Origin: an uncultured Thermoprotei archaeon
Lineage (GTDB): Archaea; Thermoproteota; Thermoprotei; Thermofilales; B15-G2
Assembly: GCA_965367815.1 (NCBI GenBank)
Contig: CBDUKN010000001.1
Location: forward strand, 178,391 to 242,390
Length of the DNA: 64,000 nt
Direction: 5' to 3'
The notes below the pieces were generated by a model, which made no database searches, was not told the origin of the DNA, and saw nothing but the letters and a program-made list of their open reading frames with translations. Below, one piece after another: positions 36,598 to 46,726 of the stretch (position 1 is its first letter; every line of letters starts with the position of its first letter). A program made the position numbers and the translations under genes.

Positions 36598-38637
36598 GTG
36601 GGATCGGAAAAAGTTGAAATAACGAGAGGGCTTACTTCTCGAGCTATTGTGTGGAGCCTTATACTTTCAGTAATAATGGTATGGCTGTGTACTCAAGTAT
36701 ACTTCACTACAGGAGCTTTCGCTTTCTTTAATCCATGGCCATATAGCCACACAGTAGGAGCTCAGATAGTAGAAACTGTTGGACTATTAACGTTAGTGGT
36801 TCTACTGACCAGTTTAATGGGTAAAGCATTTAGACTAACTTCACAGGAGCTAACTGTAATAATGACAGCTTGCCTAATAGCTGCAATGCCTGTAGGACCA
36901 TATGTTGCTCACTGGACAATGAATTTTGCTCTAGGAGCAAATAAGCCTGGTATAGCGGAAGCGGTTGCTCATTTAGTGCCCAAAATATGGGTTCCTCCAG
37001 CTGAAGCCACTACTAATTACCTAATAGGAGGTCCTGTCCCATGGGGTATCTTAGCTCCCTTCATTATCACCTGGATTATAGCTTGGACTCTATGGGGATA
37101 CTTGAATATAGCGTTCTCTCTGCTGTGGAGGAGAAGCGTAATAGATGTTGAGAAGCTTCCATTTCCTTATGCTGTCGCTGGAATAGAGTTCATTAATATA
37201 GCTACTGGAGAAGATAAACCAAAATTCCTTAATCTCAAAGAGTATGTGGGGAAGTCCTTCTGGATATCATTCATTGTAGGTTTCTTTGCATATCTGCCTC
37301 TAGCCATAAGGATTGTAGTGCCATGGTTCCCCGTACCTGTAATGAAAGGCTCAGCTTACCTAAGAAACTGGTGGATGATAAACTTCTACGATGAACTCAA
37401 AGGTCTAGCTCCATGGGCTCCTTGGGCTATATGGCCTATACCTGAAGTCACAGCACTAGCCTACTTAGTACCAGTAGATATTCTATTCACAGTAGTCGCA
37501 GCTTACATATTTTTCTTTTATATATTTCCACCAATAGAGTTTTCTCTCGGAATAGCTCCTCCTCCGCCACCTGGAGGCTTTTCTGACTGGTACAATGCCT
37601 ACAAATTCTATGCACGTAAAGTAGGCTTAAAGCCTCAAGCTATATTTGAAACAGGAGGAATATGGGCATTTGCTATCTTCAGTATAATCTTCCACTGGAA
37701 ATATATCAAAGAAATAATAAACTATATCAGGAAGCCTCCTGCCGATGAAAAAGAGGCTGAGCCACTTTCATACAAAGCTATGTTCTCAATGTTTGTTCTC
37801 TTCTTCATAATATACTGCGGTTTCATGGTATCCATGGGCGTCCCAGCGGGACTAGCCCCTATATTACTTATGCTGACTTGTCTGATATTCTATGCGGAGC
37901 TATTAATGAGAGCTGAAGCCGGGCCCTTTGGTTATTGGTGGAGTGAACCTACTCAAATATTCTACGCGAACATCGGAGGAACTTTAGGTCTGTGGTCATG
38001 GCCAGCCTCAGATAATCCGGCAGCTTATGCTACTGCCTACTGGGCGGTACAGTTCCACGGGTACAACCTTGGAGCACAGCCAGGAGTTGTGAGCATGGAT
38101 GCATACAAGATAGCTAAGTCCACTAAAACAAGTCCACGCGAGATACTCATAACCCAGTTGATCTTCACTCCAATAGTATTCGCCCTAGCATTTCTCTTTA
38201 CAGCATACAGTAGCTATGCTCTAGGAATAGAAAAGGCATTCAGAGGAAGACCTATAGTTACTTCATGGCCTAAATCTTGGGTCTACGGAGTTCTCAAAGA
38301 GCCGTTAATGAAACACGCTTATTGGGCTGGTCCAGGAGATCTGCCTTTAGCTCTCTCAGCTTTCATAATATTTCCGATAATAATGTTACTGAGAATGAAG
38401 TTCCCGTGGTTCATTATCAATCCAGTAGGCTTAATACTGTTCTGTGGTCACGAAGCCAAGCTCTTTGGGCCATTCTTCATAGCACTGATAATTAAGTACG
38501 CTGTATTAAAGCTAGGAGGAACAAAGCTGTACCGTAAGGGAATACCAATAGTCCTAGGATTCATTTCAGGTTGCGCTATATCAAGAATAGTCGTAGCTCT
38601 CTGTTATCTTGCAGCAGGTATTCCAGCACCTATTTAG
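36598..38637 (+). CDS. OPT-superfamily-like membrane transporter (DUF6785-like)
   Basis: About 16-18 TM helices; LT.QEL, W...IDVEKLPFPYA, R.KFPWF.INPVG, K.AVLKLGG.KLY+ motifs. Confidence 0.75.
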   Translation: MGSEKVEITRGLTSRAIVWSLILSVIMVWLCTQVYFTTGAFAFFNPWPYSHTVGAQIVETVGLLTLVVLLTSLMGKAFRLTSQELTVIMTACLIAAMPVGPYVAHWTMNFALGANKPGIAEAVAHLVPKIWVPPAEATTNYLIGGPVPWGILAPFIITWIIAWTLWGYLNIAFSLLWRRSVIDVEKLPFPYAVAGIEFINIATGEDKPKFLNLKEYVGKSFWISFIVGFFAYLPLAIRIVVPWFPVPVMKGSAYLRNWWMINFYDELKGLAPWAPWAIWPIPEVTALAYLVPVDILFTVVAAYIFFFYIFPPIEFSLGIAPPPPPGGFSDWYNAYKFYARKVGLKPQAIFETGGIWAFAIFSIIFHWKYIKEIINYIRKPPADEKEAEPLSYKAMFSMFVLFFIIYCGFMVSMGVPAGLAPILLMLTCLIFYAELLMRAEAGPFGYWWSEPTQIFYANIGGTLGLWSWPASDNPAAYATAYWAVQFHGYNLGAQPGVVSMDAYKIAKSTKTSPREILITQLIFTPIVFALAFLFTAYSSYALGIEKAFRGRPIVTSWPKSWVYGVLKEPLMKHAYWAGPGDLPLALSAFIIFPIIMLLRMKFPWFIINPVGLILFCGHEAKLFGPFFIALIIKYAVLKLGGTKLYRKGIPIVLGFISGCAISRIVVALCYLAAGIPAPI

Positions 38638-38683
38638 AAAATATATTAAATTTTTTACATATTTTTCCCAAAGGTGATTCAGC

Positions 38684-41600
38684 ATGAGGAAGTTTACTGC
38701 AATAGGATTCCTGTTCTTTATACTCATTATAGCAAACTGTTGTTCAGTTAAAGGATCCGACGAAAATAAAAATATCTATAAAGAGTCCGCCCAAATGGTT
38801 TTTCTCTTAGACTTAAACAAAATACGTACTCATGTAGAGTACCTTTCTTCAGTAAATTCTAGATTTACTGGGTATCCTGGCTTCTATAAGGCTAGAGACT
38901 ATATTGTAAACTATTTCCGGAAGCTAGGTCTCAAAGTAACACTTCAGAATATTTCAGTTTTAATTCCGCTGGAGAAATATGCTTACATAAAAGTAGGGGA
39001 AGAGAAAATCGAGGTACACGCTGTATATCCTAATTTAGTATGCTTACCTAATGCTGAAGGATTAGAGGGAAGACTTGTATACACTGGTAAGTGTTCACTA
39101 AAAGAACTCGAAGGACTAGAGGTAAACGGATCTATTCTTCTAGTAGATTTTGACTGCGGCTGGAATTGGCTTAATGGTTTCCTTTTTGGAGCAAAAGCAG
39201 TTATTTTTCTGGAGACACGCGGAGTAAACAGAGTAGAGGCCGAGAAGAAATACCTGCCTTACCCAGCTAACTTGCCTAGGTACTATGCTGATAAAGAGGC
39301 CGCCGCTAAACTATTGGCGGCGGCAGAGAAGGGTTTTAAGGCTAAAATCTATGTTAGAGTCGAGTGGAAGAAAGTTGAAGTGAGCAATATTATTGCAGTA
39401 CTTGAGGGAGAGAAAAGTGATGAAATTGTAGTCTTTATGAGCTATTATGATGCGTTTTCTGTAGTACCAGCCTTAGCTCCAGGGGCAGAAGACTCTCTCG
39501 GGATATCGCTGTTGCTAGAGATTGCTCGAGTCTTATCTTCTAAGGGAAAGCCTTATAGAACTATCTGGTTTGTAGCTCTAGCTGGACATTACCAGGGAAT
39601 AATTGGGGCAAGAGAGTTTGTAGAAGAATACTTCTTTGGGAAAATGTCTAAGAAAACTGGCGGAGATGGACGCTATGTAAGAGTTATCATGGGACTGGAT
39701 ATAGCATCTGATAGCGACTACTTGGCGCTAGTTGCTGGAAGAAGTGATGGAGAGTCCTTTTATGCTCTCTCGAGACTGGACTTTACTAGCATTTACGGAA
39801 TAATGGAAGACATAGTGTTTTACGGAGGTGCAAAGCTTTCTAAATATTCTTCACCTCTACAGGAAATAAGAGATCAATCCTTCCTGCACTATCTAATGCT
39901 ATACACAGGAAAGAGGTACAAGGTAGCTGATGGTCTTAGGCTAAGTGAAGGGAAATACTTTAAAGAAGCGGCGGCTTCTCCAATAGGACTCATGTTAGAT
40001 AGTGAGGCTCCGGCAATAGCCGGTGCATATGCTTTTTCGCTTTCAACATCGCTTTCTCTAAGACTAAACAGATGGTCTCCTCTGGATAAAATCAGTTCAG
40101 TGAACTTCACTAATATAGCTCCTCAAGCCGAGTTCGCGATTGCTTTTGCATACTTCTTGACTAACTGGAAGGAGCTCAGCAAGAAAATACCTGTTCTTTC
40201 TGCAAGCAAGTTTCTTGGAGGACAGAATAAGGGATTCATAACACTTAAAGGCAGAGTAGTTGAGTATGATTTAAATAAAGGAATATATGTTGCTGTCCCT
40301 AACGCTATTATACATATAGTTGCTAACTCCTACAAGCACGAAATTCTTGTGCAGACAAATGAGAAAGGGCTTTTTGAAGTGCATGGACTTTCTCCTTCGG
40401 CTCTTTATTTGATAGAAGCTTTTGCAGTAGACCCGAATACAGGAAATGTTGTATACGCCCCTGATTACGGGGAATACGGAGGAAAAGTCTTTCCTCTTAG
40501 ACGTACTTCCTTCATAGATCCTGAGGTTGAAATAACTACAGTGGTTTTCAAAGCAGGCTCGATAGTGTTCATTGACGCAATAGACCCTAGGAGTATCATG
40601 GGAAGAGTTTTCACTATAATAGTGAACGACGTTAGGTCGCATACTCCAACAATAAAATATGGGTCATCAGAGTTGCTAAGCCAAATAGTCTATGAATACT
40701 TGTCTAGAAAAGCCATGCCAGCTATGCCGATTTTTTACATAGAGCCTCCAGTAGCTGTAGCCTTTGTGCCAGAAGATGTTCCAGTAGAAGTTATGTTTAA
40801 ATTAGGTGCTGTTTTCACAGGAGTATACAATAATTTAGGAAGAGGAATAAAAGTAAGTACTGGAGAGCAGGTCATAGTAAATACACCTCTAGTGATGGCT
40901 AGAGACTTAGTAAAACTTGATGAAGATAGACTAAGCCTACTACACTCTTATGGGGTCTATAGCGGCGGAGAAATAGCAGAAAAGTATCACGCGAGAGCTC
41001 AAGACTGTTTAAGGAAGGCTCTAGACTACTTAAATAGAAAGAAGTATGCGAAAACCTATGTTTACTCAATTAGATCATGGGCTATAGAACTCAAAGCCTA
41101 TAGCGAGACTAGGAAACTGATATCGGATACGGTCAATACTGCGATCTTTTTCTCATTCATGTTAGTTCCCTTTGCTTTCTTCTTAGAGAGACTGGTTTTT
41201 AGTAGAAGAGGTCTAAAACAGTTCTTAGGGACTCTAGCATTCTACATAGTGTTTACAGCACTCTTTGTGGCTACTCATCCAGGCATAGTGGTAGCTTCAA
41301 GCGGTTTCATGATTATACTTTCTACATCTGCTTTGATCTTAGTAATACCAGTACTCGGCATTATGCTGAGTGAAGTGCAGGAACGCTTTAGGGAGCTGAG
41401 GGAAAGACTTCTAGGAAGGCATGAAGCTGGAATAAGCATAGCCTCAGCAGTTACTCTCTCATTTTCTTACAGCACTCTAAGTATGAGGAGGAGAAGAGCG
41501 AGAACTATTCTTACATTAGTCTCTCTGATAACAGTAGTCTTTGGCATGATAGCTCTATCATCTGCCTATGCTTTCAGCGTAGTTCTCCCTAAGCCTCAGC

Positions 41601-43138
41601 AGGCCGAAATAAAGCCGTATTACGGAATACTGATAAGAAATCCTGAGAGAGCTGTCTTGCCCGAAGTAACGCTTAAGTTCTTTAAAGCTTGGTTTGAGGA
41701 AGAAGGAGTAGTTTCAGCTAAGATATGGTGGTATCCTAGATATCTGTTTAAGCCAGAGATGAGTGCAAAGTTTGGAACAAATGCTTCTCTTCGTGCTCTC
41801 TGGGCTCTAAGTAAGGAAGGTATAGAAATTTATAACTTTTCAAATGCAATTGTGCCGACAGAAGCTCTTGGCATAGTGTCTGAAGGATCTATGGCGTGTA
41901 TAGTCAGCTCTGATATAATTGAGAGAGGTATTAAGGTAGGAGACGAAATTCTGCTTCCAGGAGGAATAAAGCTGGTAGTAATAGGTCAGACTATCAAGGG
42001 AATGAAGCTTCCTCTTGATCTAGATTTAGACGAAATATCTCCAGTAGACCCTATTGCTTTAGTAGAGGCAGGTGAAGAGATACAGACTTATCCTAGGCTA
42101 AAGAACTACTTCGCAATAGTTCCGCTAAGAGTGCTCAAGCTATTAGGAGACTACGGTATCTACTCTATATCGGTTAAGTTCACAAAGAAAGTTGACTTAA
42201 AGAGCTTAGCTGAAGAGCTAGTGGACATCATGGGAGTAGATGTTTATGTAGGATCAGAAGAAGGAACACTAATCTACCGTCAGGCGCTTGCGTTTACTTT
42301 CCACGGATGGCAATATCTCATGATACCGCTTGTTATCGCTATGTTCACAATACTGAACACAATGCTAGGAAGCATATATGAGAGAACAGGTGAAATCAAA
42401 ATACTAAGCGCCTTGGGATTATCTCCCACACAAGTGTTCTTTGTGTTTCTAGCTGACGCGATAGTCATGGGCGTAGTCGGAAGCTTTATAGGTTATCTTA
42501 TGGCGACAGTTTATGCCAAGGCTTATGCCATAATAGCTGCGGAAAAACTTGCATTTAACTATACGTCGTGGTTCGTGATGATAGTGGTAGTGCTTTCTAT
42601 AGTAGCTAGTCTTCTCTCAACACTCTATCCGGCTTTTAAGGCGTCGAAGCTCGTAACTCCGTCTCTAGCTAGAAAGTGGAAAGTAGCAGGACCTAGGGGC
42701 GACACCTGGGAGATACCATTACCGTTCGTGGCGGAGGAGGCAGAGGTAGAAGGAGTTCTTGCTTTCATGAAAGAATATTTCTCAGCGCATAAGGGAGAGA
42801 GGCTAGGCAAATTTATGGTCACAAGTGATGTTGAATACCACGAAGAAGAAATCGCTGGACAGTACACTAAATCAATAGTCTTCACGATGTCTCTAGCCCC
42901 CTATGAGCAAGGTATTTCTCAAAGAGTAGAGCTAAATGCTGTCTGGAACCAGGCCATGCGAAAATACACCTTTACAGCGAACTTAAAGCTCCTCACAGGC
43001 TCGAGGAAGCTGTGGACAAGTCTAGCTTATGGAGTAATGGACGATGTGAGAAAGCAGCTTCTCCTCTGGAAGATACTGAAGCCCGAAGAGAGGAGGAAGT
43101 ACATTAGTCGTGCTCGCGAGATCTTAGGGGTGAGATGA
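38684..43138 (+). CDS. Giant fusion: signal peptide, PA/M28-like peptidase fold, carboxypeptidase-regulatory-like beta sandwich, TM block, MacB/FtsX-type permease, C-terminal domain
   Basis: SR.TGYPG, YYD.FS.VP.LAPGA, AGHYQG..GAREF; GRVVEY...PNA.I...TNEKGLF.V.GL; RRRRARTILTL; YERTGEI.ILSALGLSP; YPA.KAS+L.TPS. Confidence 0.8.
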   Translation: MRKFTAIGFLFFILIIANCCSVKGSDENKNIYKESAQMVFLLDLNKIRTHVEYLSSVNSRFTGYPGFYKARDYIVNYFRKLGLKVTLQNISVLIPLEKYAYIKVGEEKIEVHAVYPNLVCLPNAEGLEGRLVYTGKCSLKELEGLEVNGSILLVDFDCGWNWLNGFLFGAKAVIFLETRGVNRVEAEKKYLPYPANLPRYYADKEAAAKLLAAAEKGFKAKIYVRVEWKKVEVSNIIAVLEGEKSDEIVVFMSYYDAFSVVPALAPGAEDSLGISLLLEIARVLSSKGKPYRTIWFVALAGHYQGIIGAREFVEEYFFGKMSKKTGGDGRYVRVIMGLDIASDSDYLALVAGRSDGESFYALSRLDFTSIYGIMEDIVFYGGAKLSKYSSPLQEIRDQSFLHYLMLYTGKRYKVADGLRLSEGKYFKEAAASPIGLMLDSEAPAIAGAYAFSLSTSLSLRLNRWSPLDKISSVNFTNIAPQAEFAIAFAYFLTNWKELSKKIPVLSASKFLGGQNKGFITLKGRVVEYDLNKGIYVAVPNAIIHIVANSYKHEILVQTNEKGLFEVHGLSPSALYLIEAFAVDPNTGNVVYAPDYGEYGGKVFPLRRTSFIDPEVEITTVVFKAGSIVFIDAIDPRSIMGRVFTIIVNDVRSHTPTIKYGSSELLSQIVYEYLSRKAMPAMPIFYIEPPVAVAFVPEDVPVEVMFKLGAVFTGVYNNLGRGIKVSTGEQVIVNTPLVMARDLVKLDEDRLSLLHSYGVYSGGEIAEKYHARAQDCLRKALDYLNRKKYAKTYVYSIRSWAIELKAYSETRKLISDTVNTAIFFSFMLVPFAFFLERLVFSRRGLKQFLGTLAFYIVFTALFVATHPGIVVASSGFMIILSTSALILVIPVLGIMLSEVQERFRELRERLLGRHEAGISIASAVTLSFSYSTLSMRRRRARTILTLVSLITVVFGMIALSSAYAFSVVLPKPQQAEIKPYYGILIRNPERAVLPEVTLKFFKAWFEEEGVVSAKIWWYPRYLFKPEMSAKFGTNASLRALWALSKEGIEIYNFSNAIVPTEALGIVSEGSMACIVSSDIIERGIKVGDEILLPGGIKLVVIGQTIKGMKLPLDLDLDEISPVDPIALVEAGEEIQTYPRLKNYFAIVPLRVLKLLGDYGIYSISVKFTKKVDLKSLAEELVDIMGVDVYVGSEEGTLIYRQALAFTFHGWQYLMIPLVIAMFTILNTMLGSIYERTGEIKILSALGLSPTQVFFVFLADAIVMGVVGSFIGYLMATVYAKAYAIIAAEKLAFNYTSWFVMIVVVLSIVASLLSTLYPAFKASKLVTPSLARKWKVAGPRGDTWEIPLPFVAEEAEVEGVLAFMKEYFSAHKGERLGKFMVTSDVEYHEEEIAGQYTKSIVFTMSLAPYEQGISQRVELNAVWNQAMRKYTFTANLKLLTGSRKLWTSLAYGVMDDVRKQLLLWKILKPEERRKYISRAREILGVR

Positions 43139-45042
43139 TGTCTCTCTTAGGAGATGTATCTAAATGGAAAGAAGGTTTCACTTATCGAGTAGTCTTTGCC
43201 GCAATATATGCGGCAATAGTTCTTCAGCCAATAATACTCTTTAGCCAGCTGTATTCAGGAGTAGCGCTGGTCGGAGCAGCAACTTACTTAACGCTAGTGC
43301 TTTTCGATCAGATAGGAAGACTTTCAGGAAAACCTCTCAGCAAACAAGAATTATTTACTCTGCAGATAGCAGCTGAAACAGCTGCAGGAGACATAATATT
43401 CCTACAGCTACTGTGGTTTGCTTTCCTTAGAACAGGTAGTGTATCTAAAGCATTCGGTATAGCCGACAAACTACCTTTATGGATAGCGCCTCCGGAAACA
43501 TCGCCAGTATATCTCTACAGAACAATACTCCATAGTGACTGGCTCATGCCAATAGCCCTCTTAGTATTATCCTACGTCTTTTACAAAATATGTAATGTAT
43601 CACTCGGACTTATAGCAGCACACCTATACGTCGAAGTAGAGCGCCTGCCATTCCCGTTAGCTCAAGTATCGGCAGAAGTGATAGTAACGCTAGCCGAAAG
43701 AGAGTCTGAAAGAGTAAGAGTTTTCAGTATAGCTACTTTCATAGGAGCCATATACTCTCTCGTGTTATATGGAGTACCCCTGCTAAGCGAAGTTTTCGCC
43801 GGAACAGCTATTCGAATACTTCCATTTCCGTGGTACGATATGAATAATTTCATAGAGACATGGCTCCCTGGCGCAAGCTTCGGAATAGCCACAGATATAC
43901 TAGTACTGGGAACAGGTTTTGTCATACCCTTCAACGTAGCTGTAGCACAGTTCTTAGGAGCATTTGTAATATACTTTATAGGAAACCACCTACTAGTGGT
44001 AAACAATCTTTTCCCACACTGGCTCCCAGGAATGAACATTACACTCACCTGGAGCAATTCAATACTAGACTTCTGGGCAAGCTTCATAATAGGACTAGGC
44101 ATAGCAGCTGGAATAGCACCTTTCATAAAACACCCAGAGTACGTTACATCAACTATAAGGAGCTTAGCCAAGCTCTCTAAAGCCTCTAAGGAAGCAGGAT
44201 ACTTATCAATTAAAGTCCTTGGAACACTATTCCTCTTCGGTAGTCTTAGCTTAGTAGCAATAGCACTATTACTCGTGCCCAGCTTTATGCCCTATGCCTG
44301 GGTACTTCTCCTCCTCTCGCCTGTATGGGCCTTCATATCAACTTTAATAGCAGCAAGATCTCTTGGTCTCACAGGATACAATCTAGCAATACCTTATGTG
44401 AGAGAAATAGCATTAGCTTTAACACCTTACAGGGGAGTAGACATATGGTTTGCTCCAATATATACACCGTCTAATATAGGCTTTGTCTGGCCTACTGGAG
44501 GCTCAAGCTGGGCCGCAACTCTTAAAATATGCTGGATAACAGAGACTAAGTTATCAAGTATATACAAGGCGTGGATACTGGCAACAGCATGTGCCTGGTT
44601 AGCAGGACTTTTTTACGTAGACATTTTCTGGAGACTAGCTCCAGTGCCCTCTACATTCTACCCGTGGACTGCTATTTACTGGCCAGTTCAAGCAATATAT
44701 ACAGGGCTATGGATTACTAAACAAATATTCGTATTTAACCCAGCGTTGCTATTAATAGGACTATTTGGAGGACTAGCTCTTTCTGCATTAGAGTATTTGA
44801 AAATACCTTTCTCCTTGATAGGATTTGCTTTTGGAGTAGCATCACCTATACCGACAAGTGTGACAGTTCTTATAGGTGCTCTACTAGGAAAGTACTTTTT
44901 CTCAAGAGTCTTTGGAAAAGAGTGGTGGAAAAAATATAAAACAGTAATTGTGGCCGGATTCACTTTCGGAGAGGGAATAATTGTTGGAGTGACAATATTA
45001 ATAACACTTATAGCGAAGTCCGTGTGGACTATGCCTTATTAA
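43135..45042 (+). CDS. OPT-superfamily-like membrane transporter
   Basis: LSKQEL, VEVERLPFPLA, about 16 TM helices, C-terminal AGF..GEG; 4-nt overlap with the upstream giant gene. Confidence 0.78.
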   Translation: MMSLLGDVSKWKEGFTYRVVFAAIYAAIVLQPIILFSQLYSGVALVGAATYLTLVLFDQIGRLSGKPLSKQELFTLQIAAETAAGDIIFLQLLWFAFLRTGSVSKAFGIADKLPLWIAPPETSPVYLYRTILHSDWLMPIALLVLSYVFYKICNVSLGLIAAHLYVEVERLPFPLAQVSAEVIVTLAERESERVRVFSIATFIGAIYSLVLYGVPLLSEVFAGTAIRILPFPWYDMNNFIETWLPGASFGIATDILVLGTGFVIPFNVAVAQFLGAFVIYFIGNHLLVVNNLFPHWLPGMNITLTWSNSILDFWASFIIGLGIAAGIAPFIKHPEYVTSTIRSLAKLSKASKEAGYLSIKVLGTLFLFGSLSLVAIALLLVPSFMPYAWVLLLLSPVWAFISTLIAARSLGLTGYNLAIPYVREIALALTPYRGVDIWFAPIYTPSNIGFVWPTGGSSWAATLKICWITETKLSSIYKAWILATACAWLAGLFYVDIFWRLAPVPSTFYPWTAIYWPVQAIYTGLWITKQIFVFNPALLLIGLFGGLALSALEYLKIPFSLIGFAFGVASPIPTSVTVLIGALLGKYFFSRVFGKEWWKKYKTVIVAGFTFGEGIIVGVTILITLIAKSVWTMPY

Positions 45043-45208
45043 GTCTTATCTAAAATTTTATAAAATTTTTACATAACTGTTTTTATTAATTTTGTAGTGG
45101 TAGTTATTTAAGCATTCTAGTATTGCTTAGCCTAATTGAAAGTTAGGTCATTATATTTTAAGCGTAGAGACTATATAACTATAATAGAGAGTAATTGAAA
45201 TAACATAC

Positions 45209-45973
45209 GTGAAGGTACCAAAAATAGATTTTCATGTTCATACAGCAGAAAAACCAACCTTGACTTTCATTCCTCTAGAGGGCTTAATCAAGGAAGCTGA
45301 AGAAAGAGGCTTAAAGTACTTGGCGGTAACTGATCACTGGAAAGATGATACGGAAGTAGCTATCTTTGTTGAGGAGAGGAGAAAACTTAGTCGCCTCTCT
45401 CCTAGACTTGAAGTATTTTTGTCTGCTGAAGTAGAAATAGTAGACGATAAAGGTTCATGTCCCATAAACCCGAGGAAGCACTATGAAGTACTAGAAGCAT
45501 TAGACTACTTATCGGCGGCCCCTCATTTAGGCGAACTTATACCCGAGGGGAAGAGGCCGAAGACTAGCGACAAGTACATTGAATATGTTCATAGAAAATA
45601 CATAAGTATTCTTGAAAACGAACTGTTTAAAGTAATACTTCACCCTGACTACGGTGTAAGAGATGGTGTTAAATGGGGCTACTTCAAGACTTCTTCTTTG
45701 AAAAATATACCCGAAGAGTTGCTAGATGAGTTCTGTGAAGTAGCTGCAAGCGAGGACAAAGTAGTTGAAGTGAATGAAAATACTGTTAACGCTGTAGAAG
45801 ACTACGATATTTTAGTAAGGAAGTTGGTTGAGAGAGGAGTGAAGCTGACTGTAGGGTCAGACTACCATTATTTTGAACAGAAAGATTTTCCTGAATACTG
45901 GGTCGGCAGAACTCAAAACGCTTTAAAGACTATAATTAGGAATCATGGTCAGAAGCTATTGTGGATACCGTAA
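45209..45973 (+). CDS. PHP-domain phosphoesterase
   Basis: DFHVHT, VTDH, AEVE, LHP, EVNE, GSDYH. Confidence 0.85.
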   Translation: MKVPKIDFHVHTAEKPTLTFIPLEGLIKEAEERGLKYLAVTDHWKDDTEVAIFVEERRKLSRLSPRLEVFLSAEVEIVDDKGSCPINPRKHYEVLEALDYLSAAPHLGELIPEGKRPKTSDKYIEYVHRKYISILENELFKVILHPDYGVRDGVKWGYFKTSSLKNIPEELLDEFCEVAASEDKVVEVNENTVNAVEDYDILVRKLVERGVKLTVGSDYHYFEQKDFPEYWVGRTQNALKTIIRNHGQKLLWIP

Positions 45974-45997
45974 CCTCGACGAGTCAATATCCGAAAT

Positions 45998-46726
45998 TTA
46001 CTTCAAGGCTATTACTGCTATTATAGGGTAGTGATCGCTTAGAAAAATATTTTTCTCTGGAAATACTATGTTTTTGTAAACAGAATACTCGAGAACAGTC
46101 TTCAATACTCTTCTATGAACCCACACATAGTCTACGCGTAGTCCTCCAAGAGTAGTCGGCTCTTCTCCTTTAGCTACATCAATGTATCCTCTCGGCAACA
46201 TGTATTCGTAAACTGGTCCATGAGGAGGCTCATTGAAGTCGCCAACAAGTATGTCTGGGTCTTCTCCTTCGCTGAAAACTTGTTTGAGATTATGAAGCCT
46301 ATACACGAGAGATTTTTTGCCTAAGAGGCGGCCTGAAGGCAAATGTAGATTGCATAGAGTTATAGTTTTACCTGAAGCTAGCCTAATTGACAGCTTCTGC
46401 CACATTCTCGCTACATTTTTCTGCGAATATTGGTACTTCAGCGCCTCGATGTTCTTTTTCAGGAAAATAGCTCCACCGTAATCTGGGAATAGAACTCCTT
46501 TTGCATAAAAACACTTCATGCGGAGTTTTTCTGCTATTTCTTTGACTGCTCTCTTAGACTGTACTTCTTGTAGACATAGTACATCGGGACTTAGCTGAGA
46601 ATATATTCCGATAAGTCTTTCTAATATTTCTCCTAAAGGGTCACCTGGCTTTTCTTCAATGAAAGAAGACCCTTGAAACCAGTAAGCATTATGCGTAACT
46701 ATCTTCAGAGTTAGATTATTAGTCAT
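45998..46726 (-). CDS. Endonuclease/exonuclease/phosphatase (EEP) family protein
   Basis: VTHN, DVLCLQEV, NLHL, GDFN, RVDYVW, SDHYP. Confidence 0.88.
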   Translation of the reverse strand: MTNNLTLKIVTHNAYWFQGSSFIEEKPGDPLGEILERLIGIYSQLSPDVLCLQEVQSKRAVKEIAEKLRMKCFYAKGVLFPDYGGAIFLKKNIEALKYQYSQKNVARMWQKLSIRLASGKTITLCNLHLPSGRLLGKKSLVYRLHNLKQVFSEGEDPDILVGDFNEPPHGPVYEYMLPRGYIDVAKGEEPTTLGGLRVDYVWVHRRVLKTVLEYSVYKNIVFPEKNIFLSDHYPIIAVIALK

